DNA of 64,000 bases from assembly GCA_951406725.2 (NCBI GenBank), contig OX597827.1, forward strand, positions 25,234,001 through 25,298,000, in the 5' to 3' direction. A program made the position numbers and the translations under genes. The notes under the pieces were generated by a model that made no database searches, had not been told where the DNA came from, and saw only the letters and a list, made by a program, of their open reading frames with translations. The DNA comes from Octopus vulgaris. Taxonomy: Eukaryota. Numbering within the stretch: position 1 is the stretch's first letter; each line of letters begins with the position of its first letter. This document shows, piece by piece, positions 51,625 through 64,000 of the stretch.

Positions 51625-51985
51625 TAGCACGCCGGGCGAAATGTTTAGCGCTATTTCGTCTGCCGTTACGTTCTAAGTTCAAATTCCACTGCAGTCGACT
51701 TTGCCTTTCATCCTTTCGGGGTCGATAGATTAAATACCAGTTGCGCACTGGGGTCGATGTAATCGACTTGATCCGTTTGTCTGTCCTTGTTTGTCCCCTC
51801 TGGGTAGTAAAAAAAATAGGTATTTCGTCTGCCGCTACGTTCTGAGTTCAAATTCCGCCGACGTTGACTTTGCCTTTCATCCTTTCGCGGTCGATAAATT
51901 AAGCACCAGTTGTGTATTGGGGTCGATCTAATCGACTGGCCTCCTTCCCCAAAATTTCTGGCTTTGTGCCTAGAGTAGAAAAGAA
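51625..51985 (+). mobile_element. Family B tail1/tail2 dimer
   Basis: Restarts at ggtatttcgtctgccg (51819) after the aaata tail. Confidence 0.9.
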
Positions 51986-52067
51986 AAGAATGTTACGTAT
52001 AGCTTCGAAGCAGTAGGAACCTCATAAACATAAGCCCAACTTGTAAATACACGTATGCGCGCGCGTA

Positions 52068-52785
52068 TGGCTTCGGGTTCGGTCCCACTGCACCTTCGGC
52101 AAGTAGCGTTTATAATAGCCCAACCAAAACTTTGTGAATGGATTTTGTACACGGAAACTGAGAGAAACCTGAGAAGGCGGCGAGCTGGCAGAATCGTTAG
52201 CACGCTGGGTGAAATGCTTAGCGGTATTTCGTCTGTCGTTACGTTGTGAGTTCAAATTCCGCCGAGGTCAACTTTGCCTTTCATCCTTTCGGGGTCGATA
52301 AATTAAGTACCAGTTACGCTCTGGGGTCGATATAATCGACTTAATACCTATGTCTGTCCTTGTTTGTCCCCTCTATGTTTAGCCCCTTGTGGGTAATAAA
52401 GAAATAGGTATTTCGTCTGCCGTTACGTTCTGAGTTCAAATTCCGCCGAGGTTGACTTTGCCTTTCAGCTCTTATGCTTAGCCCCTTGTGGGCAATAAAG
52501 AAATAGGAAACTGAGAGAAGCCTGTCGCATGTGCGTGTGTATGTGTGTGGCGGGGATGCGTTTGAGTGAGTTTGTTTCTCCTTGCTCTTGCGTCCTGTGA
52601 TACCAGCGGTCGTTCGTTTGAAATGTTCTTTGGAAACATGTCTGGTCATACGGAAATATTACTTGGCTTGGAAACAGAGTGGGAGTTAGCGACAGGAAGA
52701 GCATCTCGTCGTAGGAGATCTTCTTAACTTAACGAATTCCGTCTGACTCAGATGCATAGGAAATTGGACGTAAAAATGACTGAGT
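52068..52785 (+). mobile_element. SINE with a family A head and RTE-type tail, interrupted by a family B dimer (52173-52505)
   Basis: ggaaactgagagaa is duplicated at 52153 and 52506. Tail gcgacaggaagagcatc..cgtag ... ggacgtaaaaatga. Confidence 0.75.
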
Positions 52786-52789
52786 ATTG

Positions 52790-53128
52790 TGCAGGTGTGG
52801 CTGTGTGGTAAGAAGTTTCCATGCCAACCACACTGTTCCAGGTTCAGTTCAACTGCGTAGCACTTTGGGCAAGTGTCATTTACTACAACTCCTGTGTGTG
52901 TGTGTGTGTCTGTGTGTTTGTATGTATTTTTGTGTCTGCGTTTGTCCCCCCACCAAAGCTTGACAACGATGTTGTTGTGCTTATGTCTCTGTAACTTAGC
53001 GGTTCGGCACTAGAGAACGATAGATTAAGAACTAGGCTTACAAAGAATAAGGCCTGGGGTCGATTTGTTCGATTAAAGGCGGTGCTCCAGTATGGCCGCA
53101 GTCAAATAGCTGAAACAAGTAAAAGAAT
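52790..53128 (+). mobile_element. SINE family A
   Basis: Head and CR1-type tail present. Confidence 0.88.
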
Positions 53129-53228
53129 ACTAGAAGAGAATATATATATATAAATATAGAGATGGTATTATTAAAATGCCGTCACGAGTAGCAAACGAAT
53201 TATCAGCCGTACAGGCAAATTAATAAAA

Positions 53229-53501
53229 TATATACATACAATATTAGATATGTACATATATACACAAGGGCATTATATGAGCACCTACATCGCTGTGCCA
53301 CCGAATAGTCACAAGTTTACTACAGACATGATAGCAAGGCAAGACGTTATTATTGTTCACTGAATTTTTTTCTATCATGCCTGTAGTAGATTTGTCACTA
53401 TTCGGTGGCATAAAAGTATTTTTGAGTTCTATTTTTAGCGATGTAGGTGCTCATGTAGTGTCCTTGTGTACATATGTACATATCTAATATTGTATGTATA
53501 T
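53229..53501. repeat. Imperfect inverted repeat, about 105-bp arms
   Basis: atatacatacaatattagatatgtacatat...gagcacctacatcgct.tgccaccgaatagt and its reverse complement. One arm has about 26 extra bases. Confidence 0.88.
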
Positions 53502-53587
53502 ATATATGGTGAACAACTGGCTAGCAGGCTAGTAGTAAGAATTAAGGAGTGGTGTTTTGGGTCCAATCGCGGGTCAAAAACAAAGAG

Positions 53588-54168
53588 GTATGTGTGTGTG
53601 CGTGTATGGATATGTATCGTGTGTGTGTTTTGTTTGTAGTATGTGTGTGTGTGTATGTGTGTGTTTTTGTGTGTATGCGTGGAGTTTGGGTGTGTGGCGA
53701 GTAACTGTGCTTAACTTAGTGTATGTGTGCGTGTGTGCTTGTACGTGCGTGTGTGTGTATATATATATGTATAATTGTGTGCGTGTATGTATGTGTGTGC
53801 GTGTATGTATGGTTGTGTGCCGTGTGTATGGGATGTATGTGTGTATGGGATGTATGTGTGTGTGTTTGTGTGTATGTATGTGCGTGTAGTTGTGTGTACG
53901 TGTATGTGTGCGTTTGTATGTGTGTGTGTGTGTAAGCGTATATGGATGTATATGCGTGTATCCGTGGGGTTGTGAGTTTTTTCGCGCGTGTGCGTGCGTA
54001 TGTGTGCGCATGTTTTGGTGTGCGTATGTATGTGTGTGTCTGTGCTTATATGTGTGTACGTATGTGTATGTGTGCGTGCCCGTGTAGGTATATATTGTGT
54101 GTATGTATATGTGTCGGTGTGTATGTGAATTAGTGTGTGTTTGTACGTGTGTATGTGTGTATGCGTGT
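53588..54168. repeat. Degenerate (TG)n tract
   Basis: Read directly. Confidence 0.9.
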
Positions 54169-54902
54169 TTCTCAACCTTATCATTTCGGGCCCCCTGTTT
54201 CGATTGGAACCTCCAGCTGGATGAAAATTTCATGACCCCAACCCGTCAGAAAACAGCTTCTAAGAAACTGGTTGTTTTAATGACGGAAGAAAGAGGGGAA
54301 TTCCATTAGAAAAAAATTTCATCGATTTTCTCGGTAAGTATGGGGCTAGGGAAAAACTACATTGTATTCCAATCTATGCATTCATTTCCACATGTGTGCT
54401 ATTTTTCACGTGAATCCACCCAGCCGTTTGGCTGTGTACCTCAAGACAAGAAAGAATACAACGATCGCCCATGTCCAATTTAAATTATAGATATATAGGT
54501 GTAAAAAGGTTGAATGTAGATTCGTCCTTTAATTTTGGAGGTTTCCAAAAGAGATTTCAATTGCTGATTCTTCATATTTTGCTGGTAGTTTACCGGTGTA
54601 AATTTGCGAAGGTATGAAAGTAATATGTGGGGAATTTATGTCAAGAAGTCCCATAAAACTCATCGATTTATTTTAAAATGGAGGAGACAAGTGGCTAAAA
54701 TATATAAAAAGCTTATCGCACAGTCTGATAAAACTGGACATCTATACAATCTAGACATAGGTCTATACCATAATCTACAACACAAAAAAATTACAAAGAA
54801 ATATAAAATAATATAGAAAGATTTTTTAAATCTATTAATATTAAAACCAAATAATGAGTGAATACCGAATTGACGACGTAACTGAAGTATATATATATAT
54901 AA

Positions 54903-55100
54903 AGGGAAAGTTTACGAAAATAAGCAAAAGACGAAGGCGGGTGGAGTACAAACAAACAAATGTATTAGTATAGCGCTCAGGAATAGAAAAAGTCTTTTAC
55001 GTTTAGAGCCTACGCTCTTAGAAAGATACACAGAAAAAAACAAGGAGAGAAAAAAAGGAGGGAAAAAAATGCGTGTAGGAGCTAACGATCTATCATGGTG
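54903..55100 (-). mobile_element. Family H1 element with a decayed hammerhead
   Basis: gtattagtatagcgctcagga..agtcttttacgtttagagcctacgctctt matches 32223-32280. Confidence 0.8.
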
Positions 55101-55450
55101 TCCTGGCTTCGGACAGTGGTCAGACGCGAGAGGGACAGTAGGGGAGATAACAGGGTCAAGTGACTTCCAATACGAAGGTGCCCCCAACACAAAGGTGCGT
55201 GTGTGTATAAGAGAGTATGTATGTGCGTGTGAAAGAGGGCTGGTGGTCTGGACGTGTGTGTGTATGTATGTGTGAGTGTGGAGATGTGGGGATGGGTGTG
55301 TGGGTGGTGTGTTGTGATGGGATATGTGTATGTATGTGTAGGTGTAAAGATGTGGGGATGGGTGTGTGGGTGGTGTGCTGTGGGTGGTGTGTTGTGATGT
55401 GATGTGTAATGTAATGTTGTATGGTGTAGTGTAGTGTGGTGTGATGTGAT

Positions 55451-55601
55451 ACACGTGACAGGTAATTGCAGCTGCAATTGTTTCTGTACCACACTGTTTT
55501 AACACTAATTCACTGAAGAGTTCCATATGAAAGATAACGGTAAACAAAGGATAATTCATCCATCCATTTACATAAATATATACACACGTACATACATGTA
55601 T

Positions 55602-55645
<44 letters not shown>

Positions 55646-55723
55646 GTGACAGGTAATTGCAGCTGCAATTGTTTCTGCACCACGCTGTTTTAACGCCAAT
55701 TCACTCAAGAGTTCCATGTGAAA
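55451..55723. repeat. Direct repeat pair (about 82 bp) containing a 16-bp palindrome
   Basis: acacgtgacaggtaattgcagctgcaattgtttctg...agagttccat.tgaaa at 55451 and 55642. Confidence 0.9.
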
Positions 55724-56190
55724 AGTTACATAATATTTCCAGTTTTAAACTTTAGGGTGCCACTTCGTCAGACTTGCATCAAAGGTGCGCCCTTATATAG
55801 TGCGTCCGCCAAGCGTTGTGTTTTATTAGTATCGGGGAAAAAACAAGTGCAGGTAAAGATAAAAATGAAAATAAAATTGTGAAATGACGGACAGGGCAAT
55901 TAGAACGTGAATAGAATTTTAAAAACAAAGTGATACAGAAACAGTTCTAACTGCTCATTAAAGTTGTGTTAAAGTGTTTCGTTGTCTTTCTATTTAGATT
56001 ATTTTTTACTCTTCGCTAAATTCACACATTAGTTTTACAGATGTGACATCCGGTTTTTCTACACTTGAAGCATTTCGATCTAACTTAAGCCTACAATTCA
56101 AGAGATGAGATAGCCCAAAGGTCGGGTTCAGCTCTGCATTGGAAATGCACCATCTTTCTCACCTTATGTATGTATGTTGTGTATGTATGC

Positions 56191-56250
<60 letters not shown>

Positions 56251-58936
56251 TATCCGAAATGTATAGTATTAAATATTTATCAAGCCGGATCTTAGCAATC
56301 AGTTTCGCATTAAGAAAACAATGGAGTGTTAGATAACAATCCGATTATAAAACTTTACTCTCACCAGAGTTAGCTGCTATTGCCTCCAATGAAATAATAC
56401 CAGCTTTGTTATTTAATTATATGAAGACGCCAAGTTCTTTTGCTGCTTTACTTTATCTGACAATACTGGTTCTTGTAGGTGGCCGTTTGACATGCTAGAA
56501 TTAACGCTGATATTTTCTGGCAAGCACACTATATCCTCTTTATTAAAGGAGCCATTGGACAAAGCAAATCCACAGATGCCAAATGGTAAAAAAGGAAACC
56601 CATCTTTCAGACTTGCTCTGGGACTGTATAACATGAAGACGTACAGTAGCAACAGCAACAACCACAATCTATATATTTTGTGGTATGCACCAGTTTTTGT
56701 TCGATTCCTCTCTAGATGTAATTAAAAAGCGATGTGTGTCAATGCCGTTTGCGAAGCAACCATTGAAATGAGAAGCAATTTTTTTCGCTTTGTTTTCTTC
56801 CTTTTTTCTTTTACTCACAAAGATCTTATCTATTCTTAGCTGTTATCAACACCTTTTTGTAAAAAATTGTGTCGCTACAAAGTTTAGCTGTCGTGAACAA
56901 TACATAGGTGTAACGTTGAAGTAATAACAACGTGCGTTTCAGCTCAGGTATCTAGGCTTCTCTTCTACGTTCTTTGTTTTCACTTAAAAAAATAATCTCT
57001 ATTTCTTTTTAAATTTCACTTAAATTTATCTTTGATATTTTTTCCCCCTTTTACACAAACATAAAATAACATTTTTCATCTCAATGCTACTTTGAGGGGT
57101 GGGGGTAAAAATCTAGCTTCTAATTACTGTCGGTAGTATATAATGAGAAACGTTCAGCAAATAAAAGTTGATTTGCTTTCATATATTTCAATATTCTCTA
57201 ACCCTGTATTTGCGAAATGTGTGAAAGAAAAATTAAACACCTTTGTTTGCATTCTTATTTTCACTTTCTTAGGCTTTTTCTCTTCGCCTTCTATCACTCT
57301 CCTCTCTATATAATAGCACCTGACACTTGTGAACATGTAAAATAAATATCAAAGATTAACTGTTCGCTTAACTTACTTAAATATGTTATCAGGAAGGTGT
57401 AACTTCCACACTTTAAATTAAGTATGACAATTGAAATTAGCAATAATTCTTTTTGCTTTCTTTTTCTTGTCTCTGGTGAATTAAATAAAAGTCTTGCAAC
57501 ATCGACATAACGAGATGATAAATTCTGTAAGCGTACATAATTATTTATAATTTAAAATATAGGCAGATATTACAGAAGGGTACACGGCTTCTAAGAGATG
57601 TAAAACATACGAGTACACTACACTAGAAAGCTGCGTTAGGTTAATAGGCCGTGAACATATGAGATTGATGATGGTCGCTGGAAAAGGAAAGGGTTAAAGA
57701 CAGGGGAACGCATACGCACTTTAGTAAGATACACATATACACAGATAGGTAATAGAGATAAGAAGGAATAAGGTTTTAGGAGTGGTGATTAATGTAAATA
57801 TTAGAAATGGTTGCTGTCAGGTTTCATAACATCAATGTTATTGTGATGACGGCTAACGCTGGTTCCATTAGTTTTATTCCTTTCACCGTTCTTAGTGGCT
57901 TTGTCACTATCGACATTGTTGAAATGAGTTAAATGGATCTCGAGCGAAAGAAATTAGAATTGATGAATGAAGAATAATATGACATTAGAAATAAAGCGGA
58001 GAAGGAGGAATGGAACCGAGAAAGACGACTCGGAATAATAGAAAATAAGAAATAAAAGTGACTTCTTAATGACATGTTCAGTGATATTTCTTTCGTTGGA
58101 AATGAGTTCTAAATCTATTTCGTCTTATATAAAATATATCCGTGCACAAGAAGGAATTTTAAATGCGTAGCTGGATGTTTTGGCAACAATATCTCAATTG
58201 GAGGTATTAGTCCGAGCTTATAATTATATGTGAATGCAAAATAACGACATTACATTTCTCTTTTCAAATAAGATGCAGATAGAAATATTTCGAGGTCTAA
58301 TCCAAAGAGATGTGGTTACTTGTAAATAGTTTGTCTGTTTTCTTTTTTCATTACTTTTGGGGTATTGGGGAAACGGCAACTCAGCAACGTTGCAATCAGC
58401 CATCAATTTTACGCGGTTAATTTATAGTCGCGAGGAAAATTGCGTTCATGAGACGGAATAGGAGAAATGGCTGGAAAGAAGAGAAAAACAATATCATCTG
58501 AGAAATATAGCTCTAATATTTAAGTGACATTATTCTAACGGAGAATCTTTTTCTATGATATCATGCACACATCCTACAATTTAGATATGTGTTCATGCAA
58601 GAGAGTTAATATCTAGATTAAGTGAATGAAGCTATTAGTATAACGACAATTATTAATATTTTTCCTGCAAGCAGCGTTGCATTGAGTAATTGGCGAGTGA
58701 TTTGTTAGCGTGCACTGTTATGATCAAATACCTGAATGATGAATAAATGTCGAGATGCCTGTATGTCTGTAATGAATTATTGTTAATAAGATTGTAATTT
58801 TTCGGATTATTAACTTCACCTTTTAGACATTACGACATTGGTTTGAGGGTGTGTGTGTGAATGTGTGTGTGTGTGTGTGCGCGCGCATTTGTGTTCTGAA
58901 CACACGCGCAAGCACACACATACATATATGTCCGAT

Positions 58937-59016
<80 letters not shown>

Positions 59017-59017
59017 G

Positions 59018-59054
<37 letters not shown>

Positions 59055-59059
59055 GTATG

Positions 59060-59124
<65 letters not shown>

Positions 59125-59519
59125 CGCGTGCACTTCATCAGATATGTGAAGAGGTAGAAGTGTTCTACATCCATGAAACTTAAAATAATTTGGATTTGAG
59201 TCAAACTATTGTTAAATATGTGTATATGTATGCATGAATGTATGTATGCATGTGTGTGTGTTTGTATGTATATATGCATGCGTATATATAACTACTTATA
59301 CACACTCCGTTTTCATCAGCTTGTTATGTAATCATTGTCAGGTGTCTCATTCGAAGATAGCTACATAATACTGAACTGGCCCCTATATTCATAAACTATG
59401 GCGAGTAACGACGCTCTTATGCAACAGGCCACCGAAGCATATATAAACAATCTACTCCAGTGCTATGTATAACACAACAGGGTCCAGTCCTTGTTGCGGT
59501 CTGATGGTTTGGCTTTCTA

Positions 59520-59985
59520 AAAAACCCCGAGAGCTACACCTGAGGAGCAGAAGCTTCTTCTAAAGTCTTCCATGCTGAATAAGTCAAAGGAGAAAGATCA
59601 GATTAATACGGATCACCTCTTCCGACAGGTAGAAAAGGGATTGGTTAAGGGCTAAACCCCCTACCTACCATTGATGACAATTCAAAAGCAACAAATCCTG
59701 GGAGAAGAAAGCTTTCCTTAAGGGGAACATATAACGCAATGCAGCAAAATCTGAAAGGGCACCACCATCCTGCGTTACACGTCAGGCCCTGACTTGGGAC
59801 CCATTAGTGAGGTGGAATGTGCAGTCACTAATAGTAACTGGGGGCAAGAAGATACTGAGGCAGGGCTGAAAAGTATAGATCCCAAGGAGCAGATGGACAG
59901 TCCAGAGACGAAAACAGTGGAGGAAAGTCGTCGATAGCGTAGACTACGAAGGAACAGAATAACTTAATGCCATGACTGTACAATA
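59520..59985 (+). mobile_element. Internally deleted (bipartite) RTE-clade non-LTR remnant
   Basis: RTE 5'UTR-like gggattggttaagggctaaacccc near 59637-59661. C-terminal peptides CVTRQALTWDP and RKQWRKVVDSV* follow, then a (TACA)n tail. Confidence 0.65.
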
Positions 59986-60121
59986 CATACATACATACAT
60001 ACATACATACATACATACATACATACATACATACATACTATGTATGTATTATGTAAGTATGTATGTATGTTTGTGTGCGTGTGTGTGTATATATACATGT
60101 ATATAGAATAAAAAATATATA

Positions 60122-60367
60122 TGCGCCCTTTTAAAGTCTAGCCAGGCTCATGGGTCCGGTTTCCCGGTTTCAATGGCGTATGTGTTCCCCAGTTGGACGG
60201 GACGCCAGTCCATCGCAGCGTTACTCATTTTTGCTAGCTGAGTGGACTGGAGCAACGTGAAATGAAGTGTTTTGCTCAAGAACACAACGCATTGCCCGGT
60301 CCAGGAATCGAAGCCACAATCTTACGATCATGATACTGACACCCTAACCACTAAGCCACGCGCCTCC
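60122..60367 (-). mobile_element. SINE family C, full length, third tail type
   Basis: Minus: ggaggcgcgtggcttagtggttaggg...tgctccagtccactcagc...gctgcgatggactggcgtcccgtcca. Confidence 0.88.
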
Positions 60368-60464
60368 ACACACACACGCACACACACACGCACACACACG
60401 CACACACACACACACATATATATAACTACTTATACACACTCCGTTTTCATCATATGTTTGTGTG

Positions 60465-60612
60465 TGTGTGGTAAATAGTTTGCTCACCAACCACATGGTT
60501 CCGGGTTCAGTCCCATTGCGTGGCACCTTATGCAAGTGTCTTCTACTATAGCCTCGGGCCGACCAAAGCCTTGTGAGGGGATTAGGTAGACGGAAACTGA
60601 AAGAAGTCCGTC

Positions 60613-60678
<66 letters not shown>

Positions 60679-60788
60679 GTATGCATGTGTGCGTGTGTGT
60701 GTGTGTGTGTGTGTGAGAGAGTTTGTCCGCCCAATATTGCTTGATAACCGATACTGGTGTGTTCACGTCTCTGTAACATTAGCGATTC
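60465..60788 (+). mobile_element. SINE family A, tail truncated
   Basis: Head and body motifs present. Confidence 0.88.
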
Positions 60789-61600
60789 AATTTCTATTTC
60801 TAAGTCTTCATATTTGGATAATTTCTCCATTCCTTCTAGAGATATGTCACCATTCTTGGGGAATGAAAAGATGCTTAGGAGTTATTCTTTCCCTGTGTGT
60901 TTTTGACGCTAATATCTGGGTGATTGGCTGCCAGAATCGTTAGCACGCCGGGTAAAATGCTTAGCGGTATTTCGTCTGCCGCTACGTTCTGAGTTCAAAT
61001 TCCGCAGAGGTCGACTTTGCCTTTCATCCTTTTGGGATCGATTAAATAAGTACCAGTTACGCACTGGGGTCGTTGTGACCGATTTAACCCCTTTGTCTGT
61101 CCTTCTTTGTCCCCTCTATGTTTATCCCCTTGTGGACAATAAAGAAATAAATATCTGGGTGATTAGCCGCGATCACTCTGTGTGTAGTAGCATATTCAAG
61201 AGAATGGTAGCTTTAAAGCTATCCGTGGCCATCTTTGATGTAGGCTTACATCAATTCTTGTCGGTATTTCATAGATTTGGCACAACTTCCGGTGTATGTA
61301 ACTCCCCGTTTGTCATTGTTAGCTGAATTTGGGCAATATGGTTGTCTCCTTTATCTCTATATATTCTGCAGTTACTATATTCTGTTTCATTATATATACA
61401 TTATATGCTGTCTATAGTGTTGACGCTTTGAGTCGGTGCTGTAATCAAGAAACTGTCGATCTCGACCTGGAGTCCTGCAGATCTTAGCGAGTGTTTGAAT
61501 TTTTCCTCGCTGTTTGTACAGTCTGACACATTTCTTATTATTACGTTTTTAGTTTTCCCCCTATTCCCCTAGTCTGGACAGTCGTCTGCTTTTCAGTGTT
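60785..61600 (-). pseudogene. R4/Dong-like RLE non-LTR retrotransposon C-terminal remnant, interrupted by a SINE
   Basis: Minus peptides LRSAGLQVEIDSFLITA, ANHPDI and EKLSKYEDLEIEI resemble R4/Dong motifs (GLKxETEGFIIAAQDQ, ANRPDI, EKLSKYxDLxIEI). Confidence 0.75.
60926..61149 (+). mobile_element. SINE family B (tail type 1) with a 15-bp TSD
   Basis: aatatctgggtgatt at 60911 and 61150. Confidence 0.93.
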
Positions 61601-61966
61601 GTATTTGCAAATTTTGCATTTTCTTTAAAAAAAACAAAAAAAAAAACTAAAACACGAATTGATGATAATGTTTACAGGAGAATGAGACAAAGGTGGGGTG
61701 GAGAGCAGCAGAAATAAAGGGGGAGTGAAGGATGAAATGAGTCTGTGGACGATAGCACGTTTGCTGCTGTCATGGCAACGACAGTCACTGACAGAGGTAG
61801 AAATTGATGTCTTCTCATCCGATATATTTGACACAAAATGAAGGAAAAAGTTAACGACAACAACGACTTTGAGGAAAGTGGAAATCACAAGGGAGAAAAG
61901 TGAAAAGCTTCTAAACCAACCGGACGCAAACATGACAAATTGCAGCAACAACAAAAGAATAAACCA

Positions 61967-62075
61967 TTCTTCTTCTTCTTCTTCTTCTTCTTCTTCTTCT
62001 TCTTCTTCTTCTTCTTCTTCTTCTTCTTCTTCTTCTTCTTCTTCTTCTTCTTCTTCTTCTTCTTCTTCTTCTTCT
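61967..62075. repeat. (TTC)n microsatellite
   Basis: Read directly. Confidence 0.97.
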
Positions 62076-62107
62076 CCTACCAAAATCACTACCACCACCA
62101 CCACCAC

Positions 62108-62300
62108 CTTAAACTTTGGGTAAGGTTTATCATTGACTTCGTCACACGAACCAAACAACAGGATTGTGTCTCCGCTAGCGTTCTTTGTGAAACACATTCA
62201 CAGGGATACCCTATTATTCCATGCAGGAGTGAATATTTTGTACACATTCTGACATACTTATGCAAGTTGGTGACGAAACTGAACGTTCTGGATGTGCCAC
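62108..62300 (+). pseudogene. Possible highly decayed Penelope-type RT fragment
   Basis: LKLWVRFIIDFV and KLNVLDV loosely resemble WxRYVDD and LxFLDV at plausible spacing. Confidence 0.3.
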
Positions 62301-64000
62301 CAGAGTCACACATCTGGAGGGTGAAGACATGCAATATTCTAGAACAGACCTTTTCTCTTCTGGAAAGTAAAATTTACTTGGAATTTATTTAAAAAACCTC
62401 ATTGGAGTTGAATTAGAAAGCATGAACAAAATTTCGGATCTTATACAGAAAAGATAGCAACTTCAAGGGTTAGGAACTATGCATTCTGCAACACCAACCA
62501 CTAGAAGTCTCTCTGATTTCCGTCCATGCACCTCTCGACTCCACATCAAAATAGTATCACCAACAACAGCAAATAAAATCAGTAACAGCGGCAGAGGAAG
62601 TGGAACGAACAACCTTAATAACGACAGCAATAGCAGGAGGAAAATTGAGACAATTGCTATATATGCAGCTAGATCAATAGCACGGCCGATAACAGCAACA
62701 AGTTTCCTTAAAACAACAATAGATATCGCTACCAAACCCTTCCTAAAAGAAAACTTACCTCCAATGTCCTCCTTTCTCTCTACAAAACGAAAATACAAGA
62801 GCGCACATAGTAGTAGAAACACTTCCGCTTTCAGCTACAACAGATTTCATTGAACCCTAAGTCTCACGTTGTAACGACTTCCATGCGAGAATTCAGCTTA
62901 GTGATGTCAGAGATAGAAGGAAAAGAAATGTGAGGAGAGAAACACAGCCCGCGAAAGGCGAAATCAGGTATATTCCGAGTCTCGTCTCATTCTCAAAGTT
63001 TATAACCCACACACACCATTACAACAATTTGAGCAACGACAAAAACGGTTTCAACGAAATTTACAAGAGGAAGCACATCTACATTTTCAAAAGAAGGAAT
63101 AAATCAATTAGAAGACCAACACCAACAACTGTAAAACATATAAGACGAACCTTGCTTTATTGATGTTCAAAGAGCAGCATGGAATTGATAGCGGAAGTTA
63201 TAAACAGCAAACTATATCTACTAATGGCTTTTAAAATCTCATCAAAACTTCCAAAGCCAGACTATTTATCCAGACGTCCAAACATAAAACTGGTTAAAAG
63301 AAAACTATCGCTTTCATGTTTTGCTTCTTTAAAAAGAAGTTTTACAAAACTCTTTAAGGAAAGCTATTGAATTCTCCTTTCTCAACCAAAGAGAAAGCCA
63401 AATGAAATTCTTGAGCGAATACTCTCGTGCCAATTTTCTATGTCTATGAGTTCTACTAATTTTGTATATCTGCTGAGGTCACGAGGTGGGTTGACAATGT
63501 TCTTCTGGAAATAATTAAACTTGAAAATACGGGAAATCATCTTGGAACCAGATGCCACTGGATGTTAACGGCAACGAAAGGAATACATGCAGACGATCGG
63601 CCGCTTATGCCCTGACAGGATCAGGATTATCTAATTCCTTCAGACATCTAGAGGCTTCCTTGGGCATGTTTCGATTTTAAGTGCTGGTGTAAGCTGGGCT
63701 TACATTTTCGATGCAGGGTAAGGTTGTGTACGGCTGGATTATAGGAAAATTGCATGCAAAAGCCTAGAAAATCCTGCTCGAACATTTTAGAGCTGTTTCA
63801 TAGGCACCAACCGAATTTCCCGGTTGTATTAATGTGGACATGGGCCAGATATATCGGGTCATCCTGATCGTATGTAGGTAGAATTACTTTTTATGTTAGC
63901 CGAATAGAAATAATGCAGCATACCTATATCTCAAAACGTTTGGCAACGCAGACCATCCATTTGTGATAGGCAGGGTCGATTAGATAGGATTCATAGACAA

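Overview
This is AT-rich, microsatellite-saturated eukaryotic genomic DNA, very likely from an octopus, judged from the tRNA-derived SINE families; the species cannot be fixed. I could not support any intact host protein-coding gene. Nearly all ORFs in the track are translations of (TA)n, (CA)n, (ATC)n and similar repeats. The real coding remnants are all retroelements. They are a 5'-truncated, frameshifted CR1-group LINE (about 25.4-29.2 kb, minus; CCCH-finger ORF1, APE and RT), two Penelope-like GIY-YIG fragments, an R4/Dong-like RLE fragment and a bipartite RTE remnant. There are about 35 SINE copies from 3-4 modular families, two non-autonomous Helitrons, and Merlin-, piggyBac- and hAT-like MITEs. 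The most interesting layer is non-coding. At least nine type I hammerhead-ribozyme motifs (intact to decayed) with palindromic stem III sit in short elements, many abutting (TA)n tracts. Several repeats show a tandem-plus-inverted architecture resembling Penelope pseudo-LTRs. Other notable points are a LINE 3' end shared with a SINE tail with compensatory stem changes, and a SINE subfamily that repeatedly lands at one site inside its own family. All coordinates were read by eye, and ends are approximate unless termini are quoted.
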